In this document: positions 53,031 to 64,000 of the stretch, piece after piece | Position numbering within the stretch: position 1 is the stretch's first letter | Layout: every line of letters starts with the position of its first letter | Source of the DNA: Syntrophorhabdaceae bacterium | GTDB lineage: Bacteria; Desulfobacterota; Syntrophorhabdia; Syntrophorhabdales; Syntrophorhabdaceae | DNA length: 64,000 nt | Assembly: GCA_963665295.1 (NCBI GenBank) | Contig: OY762209.1 | Coordinates: forward strand, 2,784,001-2,848,000 | Direction of reading: 5' to 3' | Position numbers and translations under genes: made by a program | Notes under the pieces: model-generated | Seen by the model: the letters and a program-made list of their open reading frames with translations, nothing else | Told to the model about the DNA's origin: nothing | Database searches by the model: none

Positions 53031-53834
53031 GTGGTCTGTAGTGAAATCGACTCAGGCATTGCAATAGTAAAACAACTGAGGAAGGAGATCATCAAGGCGT
53101 CGGCGGATTCCAACGAGGGTCACGTCCCGAGCGCGCTCTCCATCCTGGATATACTATGGGTGTTGTACGACAGGGTATTGAACGTCTATCCCGATCGTCC
53201 CGACCATCCGGACCGCGACCGGTTTATCCTGAGCAAAGGGCATGCGTCCCTTGGCCTTTACGCGGTTCTCGCGGAGAAGGGTTTTTTTGACAAATCGCTT
53301 ATGCGCGGCTTTGGGGCATACGACAGTATCTTGGGGGGTCATCCCGACAGGAACAAGATCCCGGGCGTCGAGGCGTCAACGGGCTCCCTGGGACATGGTT
53401 TCCCCATGAGCGTCGGAGTCGCTCTGGCCCTGAAGATAAAAGGATCATCGTCAAGGGTATATACGGTAATCGGGGACGGGGAGTGCAACGAGGGTACTAT
53501 CTGGGAGGCGGCTCTTCTCGCCCGTCACCAGAGACTGAACAACCTCGCCTGCATAATCGACTACAATCATTCCACCGACAGGGCATTGATGGTGGGAGAT
53601 CTCGCGGGAAAGTTCAAGGAGTTCGGATGGACGACCCGGGAGATAGACGGCCATGACCATGAAGCGATCTACCACGCGTGCCGTGAGGCGTCTCCGGATG
53701 CGCCGTTGGCCGTAATCGCCAATACCACAAAAGGGAAAGGCTGCGGAATGATGGAAAATGATCCCGCCTGGCATCACAGATCGCCCAACAGGGAAGAACT
53801 GGCGGAAATTTTCCGAAGTCTGGGTGAGCAATGA
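53031..53834 (+). CDS. Transketolase N-terminal (TPP-binding) subunit
   Basis: DRDRFILSKGH, STGSLGHG, GDGECNEG. Confidence 0.93.
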   Translation: MVCSEIDSGIAIVKQLRKEIIKASADSNEGHVPSALSILDILWVLYDRVLNVYPDRPDHPDRDRFILSKGHASLGLYAVLAEKGFFDKSLMRGFGAYDSILGGHPDRNKIPGVEASTGSLGHGFPMSVGVALALKIKGSSSRVYTVIGDGECNEGTIWEAALLARHQRLNNLACIIDYNHSTDRALMVGDLAGKFKEFGWTTREIDGHDHEAIYHACREASPDAPLAVIANTTKGKGCGMMENDPAWHHRSPNREELAEIFRSLGEQ

Positions 53835-54712
53835 GAAAACAATTTGTAGAAACAATCGAAGCAGTTTTCGAGAAGGACGGCAGACTGGTCGTCTTGCTTG
53901 GGGATATCGGCGTCTTCGGTTTCAGGCGCGCGTTCCAGAAACATCCCGAGAGGATGTACAATGTAGGCATTCTGGAGCAGGCGACCGTGGGGCTTGCAGC
54001 GGGCCTTTCTTCCGAGGGCTTTATCCCGGTCGTCCACACCATCGCACCGTTTATTGTCGAGAGGAGTCTGGAACAGATCAAGATCGATTTTTGTTACCAG
54101 GGTCTTGGCGGGAACTTTGTGAGTGTAGGTGGCTCCTATGATTATGCGGCCCTTGGCTGCACCCATCATTGCCCGGGAGATGTGGGGATATTCAAGAACG
54201 TGCCGGACATGCAGATTGTCATACCCGGACATCCGGCCGAATTCGATGCCCTCTTTCACGAGGCGTACGCGAACGGGAAACCCACGTATTTCAGGTTAAG
54301 CGAAAAAAGCAACGCCTCGCCGTGCAACCCTGAATTCGGCAGGGCATCGGTGCTGAAACAGGGAAGATCGGCGACCGTACTGGCGGTGGGACCCATTCTC
54401 GACAACGTGCTGTCGGCATGCGCCGATAGAGATGTTACCATTTTGTATTATACTTCGGTGGAGCCCTTCGATATGCAAACCCTCGCGCAAAACTGTCCGT
54501 CGTCAAAGGTACTGCTCTGCGAGCCATACTATTCGGGCGCCCTGGACCATGATATCCTTAAATCGACGAGCCCGAAATGTGTTCGTATAGAGCATGTGGG
54601 AGTTCCCCATGCCTTTTTGAACCATTACGGGAGCGCTCGCGACCAGGACCGCGATATCGGAGTGACCCCGGAAGATATCCGCCTGAAACTGGAGAATCTT
54701 ATAAATGAATAA
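53831..54712 (+). CDS. Transketolase C-terminal subunit
   Basis: NVGILEQ, GCTHH, PTYFRL; ATGA overlap with the N subunit. Confidence 0.92.
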   Translation: MRKQFVETIEAVFEKDGRLVVLLGDIGVFGFRRAFQKHPERMYNVGILEQATVGLAAGLSSEGFIPVVHTIAPFIVERSLEQIKIDFCYQGLGGNFVSVGGSYDYAALGCTHHCPGDVGIFKNVPDMQIVIPGHPAEFDALFHEAYANGKPTYFRLSEKSNASPCNPEFGRASVLKQGRSATVLAVGPILDNVLSACADRDVTILYYTSVEPFDMQTLAQNCPSSKVLLCEPYYSGALDHDILKSTSPKCVRIEHVGVPHAFLNHYGSARDQDRDIGVTPEDIRLKLENLINE

Positions 54713-54893
54713 ACTTGCCGGGATGATACTCGATGATGGGCGTCGTGCTTTTGAAAAGGTCGATCACCGTGCCCTTGAAGGCAAGAGGATCTTGATCACG
54801 GGAGTATCGGGCCTCATTGGGACCCATCTGCTGGCAAGCCTTAATTGCCTGAGGGCAAGAGAAGGCATCCGGTCCAGGTTGCACGGAGGATAG
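54705..54893 (+). pseudogene. Truncated copy of the NAD-dependent epimerase at 59125
   Basis: First ~53 codons identical to 59125..; about 870 nt then missing; ends in the same GGAGGATAG. Confidence 0.88.
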
Positions 54894-54895
54894 AA

Positions 54896-55816
54896 ATGGC
54901 TAAAACACTGATAACGGGTGCGGGCGGCCTTATCGGCTATGCCACAAGAAGCCTCGGGCTTCCCGACATGGTCTATCTGACAAGGAAGGATGCGGATCTT
55001 ACCAATTTCGAGGTAACGAAGGCACTGTTCAACTTGATCAAGCCGGACAAGGTGATACACTTTGCCGCCCAGGTAGGGGGGATCGGCAGCAACATCGTTC
55101 ATTCGGGGGAGTATTTCCGGAACAACATCATGATAAACATAAATGTCCTTGAAGCAGCACGGTTGAGCGGTGTTAAGAAACTGGTCTCCTTCATGTCCAC
55201 ATGCATCTTTCCCGACCAGTGCGAATATCCTCTCAATGAAAGGAATATACATAACGGACCCCCTCACCCTTCAAACTTCGGGTATGCCTATGCGAAAAGG
55301 ATGCTTGAGGTGCAGAGCGCCGCGTACAGGAAGGAATGGGGATGCGACTATATCGTCGTCATCCCCACAAACGTGTATGGCCCCAACGACAATTTCAGCC
55401 TCGAAGACGGTCATGTGGCATCTTCACTGATACACAAATGCTACCTGGCAATGAAGAACGGCACTGACCTCGTGGTCTGGGGAACGGGGAAGCCCTTGAG
55501 GGAGATGGTATACTCAAAGGATATCGCAAAGTTGGCTCTCTGGGCGCTGGAGAACTACGATGAGGACGATCCTATCATATTGTCGACGGGACTCGAAACA
55601 TCAATAATGAGCATCGTGAAAATCATCGTGGAAAAGATGGGGTTCAAGGGCAAAGTAGTATTTGATGAGACAAAGCCGGACGGGCAGTTCAGAAAGCCCT
55701 CCGATACCACAAAATTGAAGAGGTATCTGCCGGAACTCGAATTCACCCCCGTGGAAGAAGGGATGTCGGAAACAGTAGAATGGTTTCTCGCTCACTACCC
55801 GAATGTGAGGATGTGA
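54896..55816 (+). CDS. GDP-fucose synthase-like epimerase/reductase (FX/TSTA3-like), copy 1
   Basis: STCIFPD, HNGPPHPSNFGYAYAKRM, DNFSLEDGHV, DGQFRKP. Confidence 0.9.
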   Translation: MAKTLITGAGGLIGYATRSLGLPDMVYLTRKDADLTNFEVTKALFNLIKPDKVIHFAAQVGGIGSNIVHSGEYFRNNIMININVLEAARLSGVKKLVSFMSTCIFPDQCEYPLNERNIHNGPPHPSNFGYAYAKRMLEVQSAAYRKEWGCDYIVVIPTNVYGPNDNFSLEDGHVASSLIHKCYLAMKNGTDLVVWGTGKPLREMVYSKDIAKLALWALENYDEDDPIILSTGLETSIMSIVKIIVEKMGFKGKVVFDETKPDGQFRKPSDTTKLKRYLPELEFTPVEEGMSETVEWFLAHYPNVRM

Positions 55817-55836
55817 ACGTCATGGCGGGGGAGTGG

Positions 55837-55930
55837 CAGGGCAAGGCGAGGATTCATCAAGCCCGGCTGAGCTGCATGGAGAGTTTTTTTGTCAAAGGAT
55901 GTTCCGTAATTGTCTGGTCCCCTTCCGTAA
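55837..55930 (+). pseudogene. Eroded remnant of the methyltransferase 3' end
   Basis: GKARIHQARLSCMESFFVKGCSVIVWSP vs GKARIHRAQRSYIGSLFIEGYSVIVWSP at the end of 61095..62042. Confidence 0.8.
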
Positions 55931-56292
55931 CCGCCTCATACTTTGCGTCCATTCCCGGTTAAGGTCTATAGCGGGATGCGGTCGCTCCCACGCCCCTCTT
56001 CACACACCTTATTGTATACAAAACAATCTCATGTTTTACCGGAATTGATCCACAAGTGGGCGATTTACGGTCATACGGGCCGCAGGCTTATTCAACTTCT
56101 TCTTGACAATTGCAGTCAACTTAAAATAATATAAAGCGGGTTTGAAATGTGTTGCACGGAAATAATCGGGGGGAAAGATTTTTACCGCGCCGGGCCGGAA
56201 ACATCCGGTTCTTTGGCAATAAATCTCCTTTCATACCAGTGGTAGTGAACCGGGCCGACAGGCTGAAGGCAGAATACTATAATGAATCGTTG

Positions 56293-56323
56293 GGCTGTTA
56301 CGACAGCCAGCGGCGGTAGCGCA
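56293..56323 (+). promoter_or_regulatory. JUMPStart/ops element, copy 2
   Basis: Identical to 49024-49054. Confidence 0.8.
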
Positions 56324-56347
56324 TTTATTGACGTTAAGGATGGTTGA

Positions 56348-57325
<978 letters not shown>

Positions 57326-57450
57326 AACGCGGCATCCGGGGCAGTACACGGTTGACAGAGCCTGGGATTCCTCAGGCGGCTGTGGGTGTTGACCGGATAG
57401 AAAGGGAATTGTGACGGCGGCTTCAGTTCCGTCGGCCGGGAGGTGGTAAG

Positions 57451-58254
57451 GTGGTCTGTAGTGAAATCGACTCAGGCATTGCAATAGTAAAACAACTGAG
57501 GAAGGAGATCATCAAGGCGTCGGCGGATTCCAACGAGGGTCACGTCCCGAGCGCGCTCTCCATCCTGGATATACTATGGGTGTTGTACGACAGGGTATTG
57601 AACGTCTATCCCGATCGTCCCGACCATCCGGACCGCGACCGGTTTATCCTGAGCAAAGGGCATGCGTCCCTTGGCCTTTACGCGGTTCTCGCGGAGAAGG
57701 GTTTTTTTGACAAATCGCTTATGCGCGGCTTTGGGGCATACGACAGTATCTTGGGGGGTCATCCCGACAGGAACAAGATCCCGGGCGTCGAGGCGTCAAC
57801 GGGCTCCCTGGGACATGGTTTCCCCATGAGCGTCGGAGTCGCTCTGGCCCTGAAGATAAAAGGATCATCGTCAAGGGTATATACGGTAATCGGGGACGGG
57901 GAGTGCAACGAGGGTACTATCTGGGAGGCGGCTCTTCTCGCCCGTCACCAGAGACTGAACAACCTCGCCTGCATAATCGACTACAATCATTCCACCGACA
58001 GGGCATTGATGGTGGGAGATCTCGCGGGAAAGTTCAAGGAGTTCGGATGGACGACCCGGGAGATAGACGGCCATGACCATGAAGCGATCTACCACGCGTG
58101 CCGTGAGGCGTCTCCGGATGCGCCGTTGGCCGTAATCGCCAATACCACAAAAGGGAAAGGCTGCGGAATGATGGAAAATGATCCCGCCTGGCATCACAGA
58201 TCGCCCAACAGGGAAGAACTGGCGGAAATTTTCCGAAGTCTGGGTGAGCAATGA
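57451..58254 (+). CDS. Transketolase N-terminal subunit, identical copy
   Basis: Translation identical to 53031..53834. Confidence 0.92.
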   Translation: MVCSEIDSGIAIVKQLRKEIIKASADSNEGHVPSALSILDILWVLYDRVLNVYPDRPDHPDRDRFILSKGHASLGLYAVLAEKGFFDKSLMRGFGAYDSILGGHPDRNKIPGVEASTGSLGHGFPMSVGVALALKIKGSSSRVYTVIGDGECNEGTIWEAALLARHQRLNNLACIIDYNHSTDRALMVGDLAGKFKEFGWTTREIDGHDHEAIYHACREASPDAPLAVIANTTKGKGCGMMENDPAWHHRSPNREELAEIFRSLGEQ

Positions 58255-59132
58255 GAAAACAATTTGTAGAAACAATCGAAGCAGTTTTCGAGAAGGACGG
58301 CAGACTGGTCGTCTTGCTTGGGGATATCGGCGTCTTCGGTTTCAGGCGCGCGTTCCAGAAACATCCCGAGAGGATGTACAATGTAGGCATTCTGGAGCAG
58401 GCGACCGTGGGGCTTGCAGCGGGCCTTTCTTCCGAGGGCTTTATCCCGGTCGTCCACACCATCGCACCGTTTATTGTCGAGAGGAGTCTGGAACAGATCA
58501 AGATCGATTTTTGTTACCAGGGTCTTGGCGGGAACTTTGTGAGTGTAGGTGGCTCCTATGATTATGCGGCCCTTGGCTGCACCCATCATTGCCCGGGAGA
58601 TGTGGGGATATTCAAGAACGTGCCGGACATGCAGATTGTCATACCCGGACATCCGGCCGAATTCGATGCCCTCTTTCACGAGGCGTACGCGAACGGGAAA
58701 CCCACGTATTTCAGGTTAAGCGAAAAAAGCAACGCCTCGCCGTGCAACCCTGAATTCGGCAGGGCATCGGTGCTGAAACAGGGAAGATCGGCGACCGTAC
58801 TGGCGGTGGGACCCATTCTCGACAACGTGCTGTCGGCATGCGCCGATAGAGATGTTACCATTTTGTATTATACTTCGGTGGAGCCCTTCGATATGCAAAC
58901 CCTCGCGCAAAACTGTCCGTCGTCAAAGGTACTGCTCTGCGAGCCATACTATTCGGGCGCCCTGGACCATGATATCCTTAAATCGACGAGCCCGAAATGT
59001 GTTCGTATAGAGCATGTGGGAGTTCCCCATGCCTTTTTGAACCATTACGGGAGCGCTCGCGACCAGGACCGCGATATCGGAGTGACCCCGGAAGATATCC
59101 GCCTGAAACTGGAGAATCTTATAAATGAATAA
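58251..59132 (+). CDS. Transketolase C-terminal subunit, identical copy
   Basis: Translation identical to 53831..54712. Confidence 0.92.
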   Translation: MRKQFVETIEAVFEKDGRLVVLLGDIGVFGFRRAFQKHPERMYNVGILEQATVGLAAGLSSEGFIPVVHTIAPFIVERSLEQIKIDFCYQGLGGNFVSVGGSYDYAALGCTHHCPGDVGIFKNVPDMQIVIPGHPAEFDALFHEAYANGKPTYFRLSEKSNASPCNPEFGRASVLKQGRSATVLAVGPILDNVLSACADRDVTILYYTSVEPFDMQTLAQNCPSSKVLLCEPYYSGALDHDILKSTSPKCVRIEHVGVPHAFLNHYGSARDQDRDIGVTPEDIRLKLENLINE

Positions 59133-60168
59133 ACTTGCCGGGATGATACTCGATGATGGGCGTCGTGCTTTTGAAAAGGTCGATCACCGTGCCCTTGAAG
59201 GCAAGAGGATCTTGATCACGGGAGTATCGGGCCTCATTGGGACCCATCTGCTGGCAAGCCTTAATTGCCTGAGGGCAAGAGAGGATATGTCCTTCAAGAC
59301 ATATGGCGTGGTGAACAGCGACCCGGAAGATTACTTCTATGATATTGCTTCATTTGAAGGATCGGAGATGTTGCAGGGCGATTTAACGGACTGCGATTTT
59401 GTTCGAAGTTTGCCGGAATCGGATTTTATTATCCATGCGGCGGGCTACGGACAACCCGGCAAATTTTTGCAGGATCCCGTAAAGACCATCACCCTGAACA
59501 CGGTCGCCTTGTTGGGGCTTTTTGAAAAGGTCGCGGCCGGCGGCAAGCTGCTGTTTCTGAGCACGAGTGAAGTATATGTCGGCGTGCCCCAACCGCCCTA
59601 CAGGGAAACAGAGATAGGTAATACGAATACGGATCATCCCCGGGCCTGTTACATTGAAGCGAAAAGGTGCGGCGAAGCGATCTGCAATGCGTACAGACAA
59701 AAAGGAATAGAGGCGAAATCCGCAAGGGTGTCCCTCGCTTATGGTCCCGGAACGAGGGAAGGGGACAAAAGGGTAATTAACGAGTTCATACAGAGAGGTC
59801 TGAAGGGAGGGATATCCTTATTGGACCAGGGGTATGCCCGGAGGACGTACTGTTACGTAACCGATGCCACGGAGATCATGTGGAATATCCTGCTCAGAGG
59901 CTCGGATGCGATCTATAACGTGGGTGGCTTGTCCAAGGTTACCATACGGGACCTTGCGCAAAAAATAGGCCATTACCTGGATGTGCCCGTGTCTTTCCCC
60001 GCTGATGTGCCTGGTGGTTTGGCAGGCGCACCGGAGGATGTATACGTGGACATGGCGAAGGTTGAAGGGGAATTCGAAAAGAAGGAATATATTGACCTTG
60101 CAGAAGGTCTGAGACGGACCATAGAATGGCAGAAGGTATTTTATGCTGTTCGTAACACGGGAGGATAG
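59125..60168 (+). CDS. NAD-dependent epimerase/dehydratase (UDP-GlcA decarboxylase-like SDR)
   Basis: TGVSGLIG, STSEVY, CYIEAKR, RTYCYVTD. Confidence 0.88.
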   Translation: MNKLAGMILDDGRRAFEKVDHRALEGKRILITGVSGLIGTHLLASLNCLRAREDMSFKTYGVVNSDPEDYFYDIASFEGSEMLQGDLTDCDFVRSLPESDFIIHAAGYGQPGKFLQDPVKTITLNTVALLGLFEKVAAGGKLLFLSTSEVYVGVPQPPYRETEIGNTNTDHPRACYIEAKRCGEAICNAYRQKGIEAKSARVSLAYGPGTREGDKRVINEFIQRGLKGGISLLDQGYARRTYCYVTDATEIMWNILLRGSDAIYNVGGLSKVTIRDLAQKIGHYLDVPVSFPADVPGGLAGAPEDVYVDMAKVEGEFEKKEYIDLAEGLRRTIEWQKVFYAVRNTGG

Positions 60169-60170
60169 AA

Positions 60171-61091
60171 ATGGCTAAAACACTGGTAACGGGTGCGGGA
60201 GGCCTTATCGGCTACGCCACGAGGGGTCTCGGGCTTTCCGACACGGTTTATCTGACAAAGAAGGATGCAGACCTCACCAATTTTGAAGTAACGAAAGCGG
60301 TGTTCAACTTCATCAAGCCGGACAAGGTGATACATTTTGCGGCCCAGGTTGGGGGAATCGGCAGCAATATGGTGCATTCCGGAGAATATTTCCGGAATAA
60401 CCTCATGATAAATATAAACGTTCTTGAGGCGGCCCGCCTAAGCGGTGTGAAAAAACTTGTTTCTTTCATGTCCACCTGTATTTTTCCTGATCAGTGCGAA
60501 TATCCTCTCAATGAAAGGAATATCCATAAAGGCGCACCTCATCCGTCAAACTTCGGGTATGCCTACGCGAAACGGATGCTCGAAGTTCAGAGCGCTGCCT
60601 ACAGAAAGGAATGGGGATGCGATTATATCGTGGTTATCCCCACAAACGTGTATGGCCCCAACGACAACTTCAGTCTCGAAGACGGCCATGTGGCATCCTC
60701 ACTGATACACAAATGTTATCTCGCCATGAAGAACAATACGGACCTTGTGGTGTGGGGAACGGGGACACCCTTGAGGGAGATGGTATATTCGCAGGATATC
60801 GCAAAGTTGGCGATTTGGGCTTTGGAAAATTACGACGAGGACGATCCGATCATACTGTCGACGGGCCTCGAAACGGCGATAAAGAGCATAGTAGAGATCA
60901 TAGTGAAAACGATGGGCTTTAAGGGTAATGTAATATTTGATGAGACAAAGCCGGACGGGCAGTTCAGGAAGCCGTCGGATACGACAAAGCTGAAGAAATA
61001 CCTGCCGGAATTCAAGTTTACCCCTGTGGAAGAAGGCATTGCCGAAACGGTGCAGTGGTTTCTTTCGAACTACCCGAACGTGAGGATATGA
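60171..61091 (+). CDS. GDP-fucose synthase-like epimerase/reductase (FX/TSTA3-like), copy 2
   Basis: About 31 of 306 residues differ from 54896..55816 (manual count). Confidence 0.9.
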   Translation: MAKTLVTGAGGLIGYATRGLGLSDTVYLTKKDADLTNFEVTKAVFNFIKPDKVIHFAAQVGGIGSNMVHSGEYFRNNLMININVLEAARLSGVKKLVSFMSTCIFPDQCEYPLNERNIHKGAPHPSNFGYAYAKRMLEVQSAAYRKEWGCDYIVVIPTNVYGPNDNFSLEDGHVASSLIHKCYLAMKNNTDLVVWGTGTPLREMVYSQDIAKLAIWALENYDEDDPIILSTGLETAIKSIVEIIVKTMGFKGNVIFDETKPDGQFRKPSDTTKLKKYLPEFKFTPVEEGIAETVQWFLSNYPNVRI

Positions 61092-61094
61092 GCC

Positions 61095-62042
61095 ATGGTT
61101 GATGATTTGAATAACAAACCCGAGAAATCACTTTCCGTCAAGGACTTTGCAGGAGCCTTCGGAGAGGAAATAAGTCCCTTTGTGGCCAAAAGAATCGGCG
61201 AATATGGATTCCGGTACGTCGAATTTACGGACGAGGAAAGGGATGGACTTTTAAAGAGAATAGTCGAGACCCTGCTTGACCCGAATCTCATGCAGTCGGG
61301 CGATCACCGACTCGAACAATGGGAGAAGGGTTGGGGAGAGAACCTGGACCTCATTTTGCAGCGCCCCGAAGATTCCCAATCGATTATTCCCAAATATTTC
61401 AGCAAATATGGTGCAATTCGATGGCGTGAGCGCTTCATTCGCCCTGTTTCCGAGCAGTTCGAATACCGCTCCCTTGCGATTATACAGGACTGGCTTTTCG
61501 ACCGGTACCTCCGGGATGCCGGCGCCATTTACGAGTTTGGCTGCGGAACGGGGTACAATCTGCTCAGGGCCCGCGAATTCAATCCCACGGCGAGCCTGTG
61601 GGGCATGGATTGGGCCACGTCGTCTCAAAAGATCATAGAGGAATTGGCCCGGAACGGCATTGACCCCGATATTCACGGCAAGCGTTTTGATTATTTCAAT
61701 CCCGATGATTCGTTTCAATTGGCTCCGGACGCCGTGGTATACACTGTGGCATCTCTGGAGCAGGTAGGTGCCCGATGGGACAAGTTCGTGGACTATATCC
61801 TCCGGAACCGTCCCAAGCTTTGCATCCATATCGAACCTGTGGGAGAGTTGCTGAATCCCGACAAGTTGATCGATTATCTGTCAATCGAGTACTTCAAAAA
61901 GCGCAACTACCTGCAGGGTTTCCTCAATGGCCTGCGACAACTCGAAAGGGAGGGGAAGGCGCGAATCCATCGCGCTCAGCGCAGCTACATCGGAAGCCTT
62001 TTTATTGAAGGATATTCGGTAATAGTCTGGTCTCCGGTCTGA
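61095..62042 (+). CDS. Class I SAM-dependent methyltransferase
   Basis: IYEFGCGTG, WGMDW motifs. Confidence 0.8.
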   Translation: MVDDLNNKPEKSLSVKDFAGAFGEEISPFVAKRIGEYGFRYVEFTDEERDGLLKRIVETLLDPNLMQSGDHRLEQWEKGWGENLDLILQRPEDSQSIIPKYFSKYGAIRWRERFIRPVSEQFEYRSLAIIQDWLFDRYLRDAGAIYEFGCGTGYNLLRAREFNPTASLWGMDWATSSQKIIEELARNGIDPDIHGKRFDYFNPDDSFQLAPDAVVYTVASLEQVGARWDKFVDYILRNRPKLCIHIEPVGELLNPDKLIDYLSIEYFKKRNYLQGFLNGLRQLEREGKARIHRAQRSYIGSLFIEGYSVIVWSPV

Positions 62043-62428
62043 TGGACCTGTTGACCAAAACAGGAAAGAAGACGCCATCGACTTTGTGTCCATGACGTTA
62101 GAGGCGCCGCAGCAGGAGAGATTCACGAAAAGACCGGTCGTCAAAGAGTTTCGAACCATCAGTTGTGAGCGAGAGTTCAATGGCGACTGCATTTTTCGGC
62201 ATGAAGACCATCATCCGGTCGGCAAAACACGTCTATGTTTTTATAGTCTGGAAATAAGGCATACCGAGCGCCTTTCCGGCAGGGAACCTCCATCGTATTG
62301 TTGATGGTAACTTCGGGTATGCCTGAGGAACTGATAATGATTGCTCCAATTTGTTTTTTCAACACCACAGTTGTCACCAAATCATCAGTTGACTGCGTTG
62401 CTATTGATAAGCCGGGAAGAGGATACCC

Positions 62429-63436
62429 ATGTTAGCCACCATGGTGGTGTCCGGATTCAGGAATAATGGCATATTCGATCTGTCTTCCTCGGACAATCGT
62501 GACAACATCCTTTACCCGTTCTGGCGGTTACGCGAAGAATTCAAGGCGCGGGGAGTTCTTCTCAACACAGGAGACATCAATGCAGGCAAAGAGGTTGGGT
62601 TTGAGATCCATATGGATGTCCAAAAATATAGATCTACCGTTCCCGCATACGTGTTCTTATGGGAAACACCACTGGTCTCTCCTGCCAATGTGTCCGAAAC
62701 ACGCCTTGCCCGATACCGGCGTATCTTTAGCTGGAACGACAGCTTGGTAGACGGCGGTCGATGCAGAAAGTTTTGTCTCCCTGTCACGAACGATTCGGAC
62801 CTTCCTCCGACCTTCGGCTGGGATGGCCGCGATCGGTTTTGCTGCGTCATAGCGGGCAACAAGAGTCTGAAGAAACACGACTCGAGGGATCTGTATTCAA
62901 AGCGGGTCGAGACCATTCGCTGGTTTGAAAGTCATGCGCCGCAGGATTTTGACCTGTACGGCACCGGATGGAATATTCCTCCTGCCCGGCCGGGGTTAAT
63001 CGGCAAGGGATGGTCGAAGATTGCGCCCAAGATATACCGGGGGTTGTCACGCCGGCCGTTTCCTTCCTATCGAGGTCGGGTACAGAGAAAACACGATACC
63101 CTGGTGCAGCACCGTTTTTCTATTTGCTACGAGAATGTGAGTGATCTGCCGGGATACATTACGGAGAAAATATTCGACAGTTTTTTTGCGGGCTGTGTTC
63201 CGGTGTATTGGGGCGCGTCTAACGTGTTTGATTATATTCCCCGGGAGTGCTTCATAGACCGGCGGGAATTCCCGGATCATGAGGGTCTCTATAGTTTCTT
63301 GAAGGCCATGTCCGAAGCGGACTACATCAAATACCAGCGAGCCATTCAGACGTTTCTTGCAAGCCCTTCGGCTGCCCGGTTTTACGGCGAAGCCTTCGCA
63401 TCGAATATTGTGGAAGTTGTCCTCTCGGATTTTTGA
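62429..63436 (+). CDS. GT10 family (alpha-1,3/4-fucosyltransferase-like) glycosyltransferase
   Basis: RFSICYEN...GYITEKIFDSFFAGCVPVYWG. Confidence 0.88.
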   Translation: MLATMVVSGFRNNGIFDLSSSDNRDNILYPFWRLREEFKARGVLLNTGDINAGKEVGFEIHMDVQKYRSTVPAYVFLWETPLVSPANVSETRLARYRRIFSWNDSLVDGGRCRKFCLPVTNDSDLPPTFGWDGRDRFCCVIAGNKSLKKHDSRDLYSKRVETIRWFESHAPQDFDLYGTGWNIPPARPGLIGKGWSKIAPKIYRGLSRRPFPSYRGRVQRKHDTLVQHRFSICYENVSDLPGYITEKIFDSFFAGCVPVYWGASNVFDYIPRECFIDRREFPDHEGLYSFLKAMSEADYIKYQRAIQTFLASPSAARFYGEAFASNIVEVVLSDF

Positions 63437-63438
63437 CC

Positions 63439-64000
63439 TTGACACGTGAATTACTCATATTGCTCGTCGCGAGGGTCCTTCAACTCCTTCTGGCCCTGAT
63501 TACCGTGAGGGCGTCTACCATGCTTTTAACTGTGGAGCAATACGGCATGCTGGCCCTGCTCATGGGTTTTAACGCTCTTTGCGGGCTTTTCCTCGTTAAC
63601 CCTATCGGTACTCATATCCAACGCCACACGCACCAATGGGCGGTGGAAGGGTCATTACTTGCCATGCTGCGGCAGTTCAATGGTTATGTTGTGGGCATCG
63701 CGGGGGTCGCAGTTATTTTGGTGGCATCGTGGGCTTTCGCGCGCGGCGAGGGAACCGTGCATCACAGGTGGCTTGCGGCAATCGCGGTGGGGTGGCTGGT
63801 ATATGCGTTCACATGGAACGGCACCCTTGTATCCATGTTGAATATGGTTGGTTTTCGAGGGGTTTCGGCGAGCGCCGCGGTGATGACCACATTGTTTGCC
63901 CTCGCGGGGTCGGTTATTTTGAGCAGTCGTGTGAGTTCAGCCCTGTATTGGATTGCGGGGCAGGCATTGGGGCTCACCATAATCGCTGTCCCGGCCATGT
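63439..64000 (+). CDS. Wzx-like polysaccharide flippase (partial, runs off the window)
   Basis: TTG start 2 nt after the GT10 stop; MTRELLILLVARVLQLLLAL..LLTVEQYG; hydrophobic. Confidence 0.65.
   Translation, partial: MTRELLILLVARVLQLLLALITVRASTMLLTVEQYGMLALLMGFNALCGLFLVNPIGTHIQRHTHQWAVEGSLLAMLRQFNGYVVGIAGVAVILVASWAFARGEGTVHHRWLAAIAVGWLVYAFTWNGTLVSMLNMVGFRGVSASAAVMTTLFALAGSVILSSRVSSALYWIAGQALGLTIIAVPAM

Larger units (their letters stand above)
53011..54862 (+). repeat. Direct repeat B, copy 1 (split transketolase + epimerase 5' end)
   Basis: Appears identical to 57431-59282 (offset 4420). Confidence 0.93.
57431..59282 (+). repeat. Direct repeat B, copy 2
   Basis: Matches 53011-54862. Confidence 0.93.

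Overview
64 kb of a GC-rich anaerobic bacterial chromosome, probably Desulfobacterota/deltaproteobacterial (inferred from the Ahb heme pathway, IorA and many PAS/sigma54 regulators). It carries signalling genes, tRNA-Pro(TGG), ahbC-hemB-ahbD, tandem USPs, a phoH-HD-ybeY-lnt operon, a protein acetyltransferase, a dispersed peptidoglycan-recycling set (SpoIID, MurU/AmgK-like, AmpG, degenerate NagZ), rpsU, iscU and, from ~47.7 kb, a surface-polysaccharide locus. Main points: (1) an intact NtrX-like receiver domain fused in frame to LpxC; (2) a mosaic duplication in the polysaccharide locus, with two apparently identical direct-repeat pairs (~1.39 and ~1.85 kb), a ~90% identical paralog pair, gene remnants and an ops/JUMPStart element in each copy; (3) one tandem UAS plus sigma54-promoter architecture at two distant loci, both leading to sensor-less kinase-like genes; (4) a class II CRP-type promoter in front of an unannotated leaderless 56-aa ORF. 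No CRISPR array, rRNA or transposase was seen. All calls come from reading motifs by eye, with no database searches.
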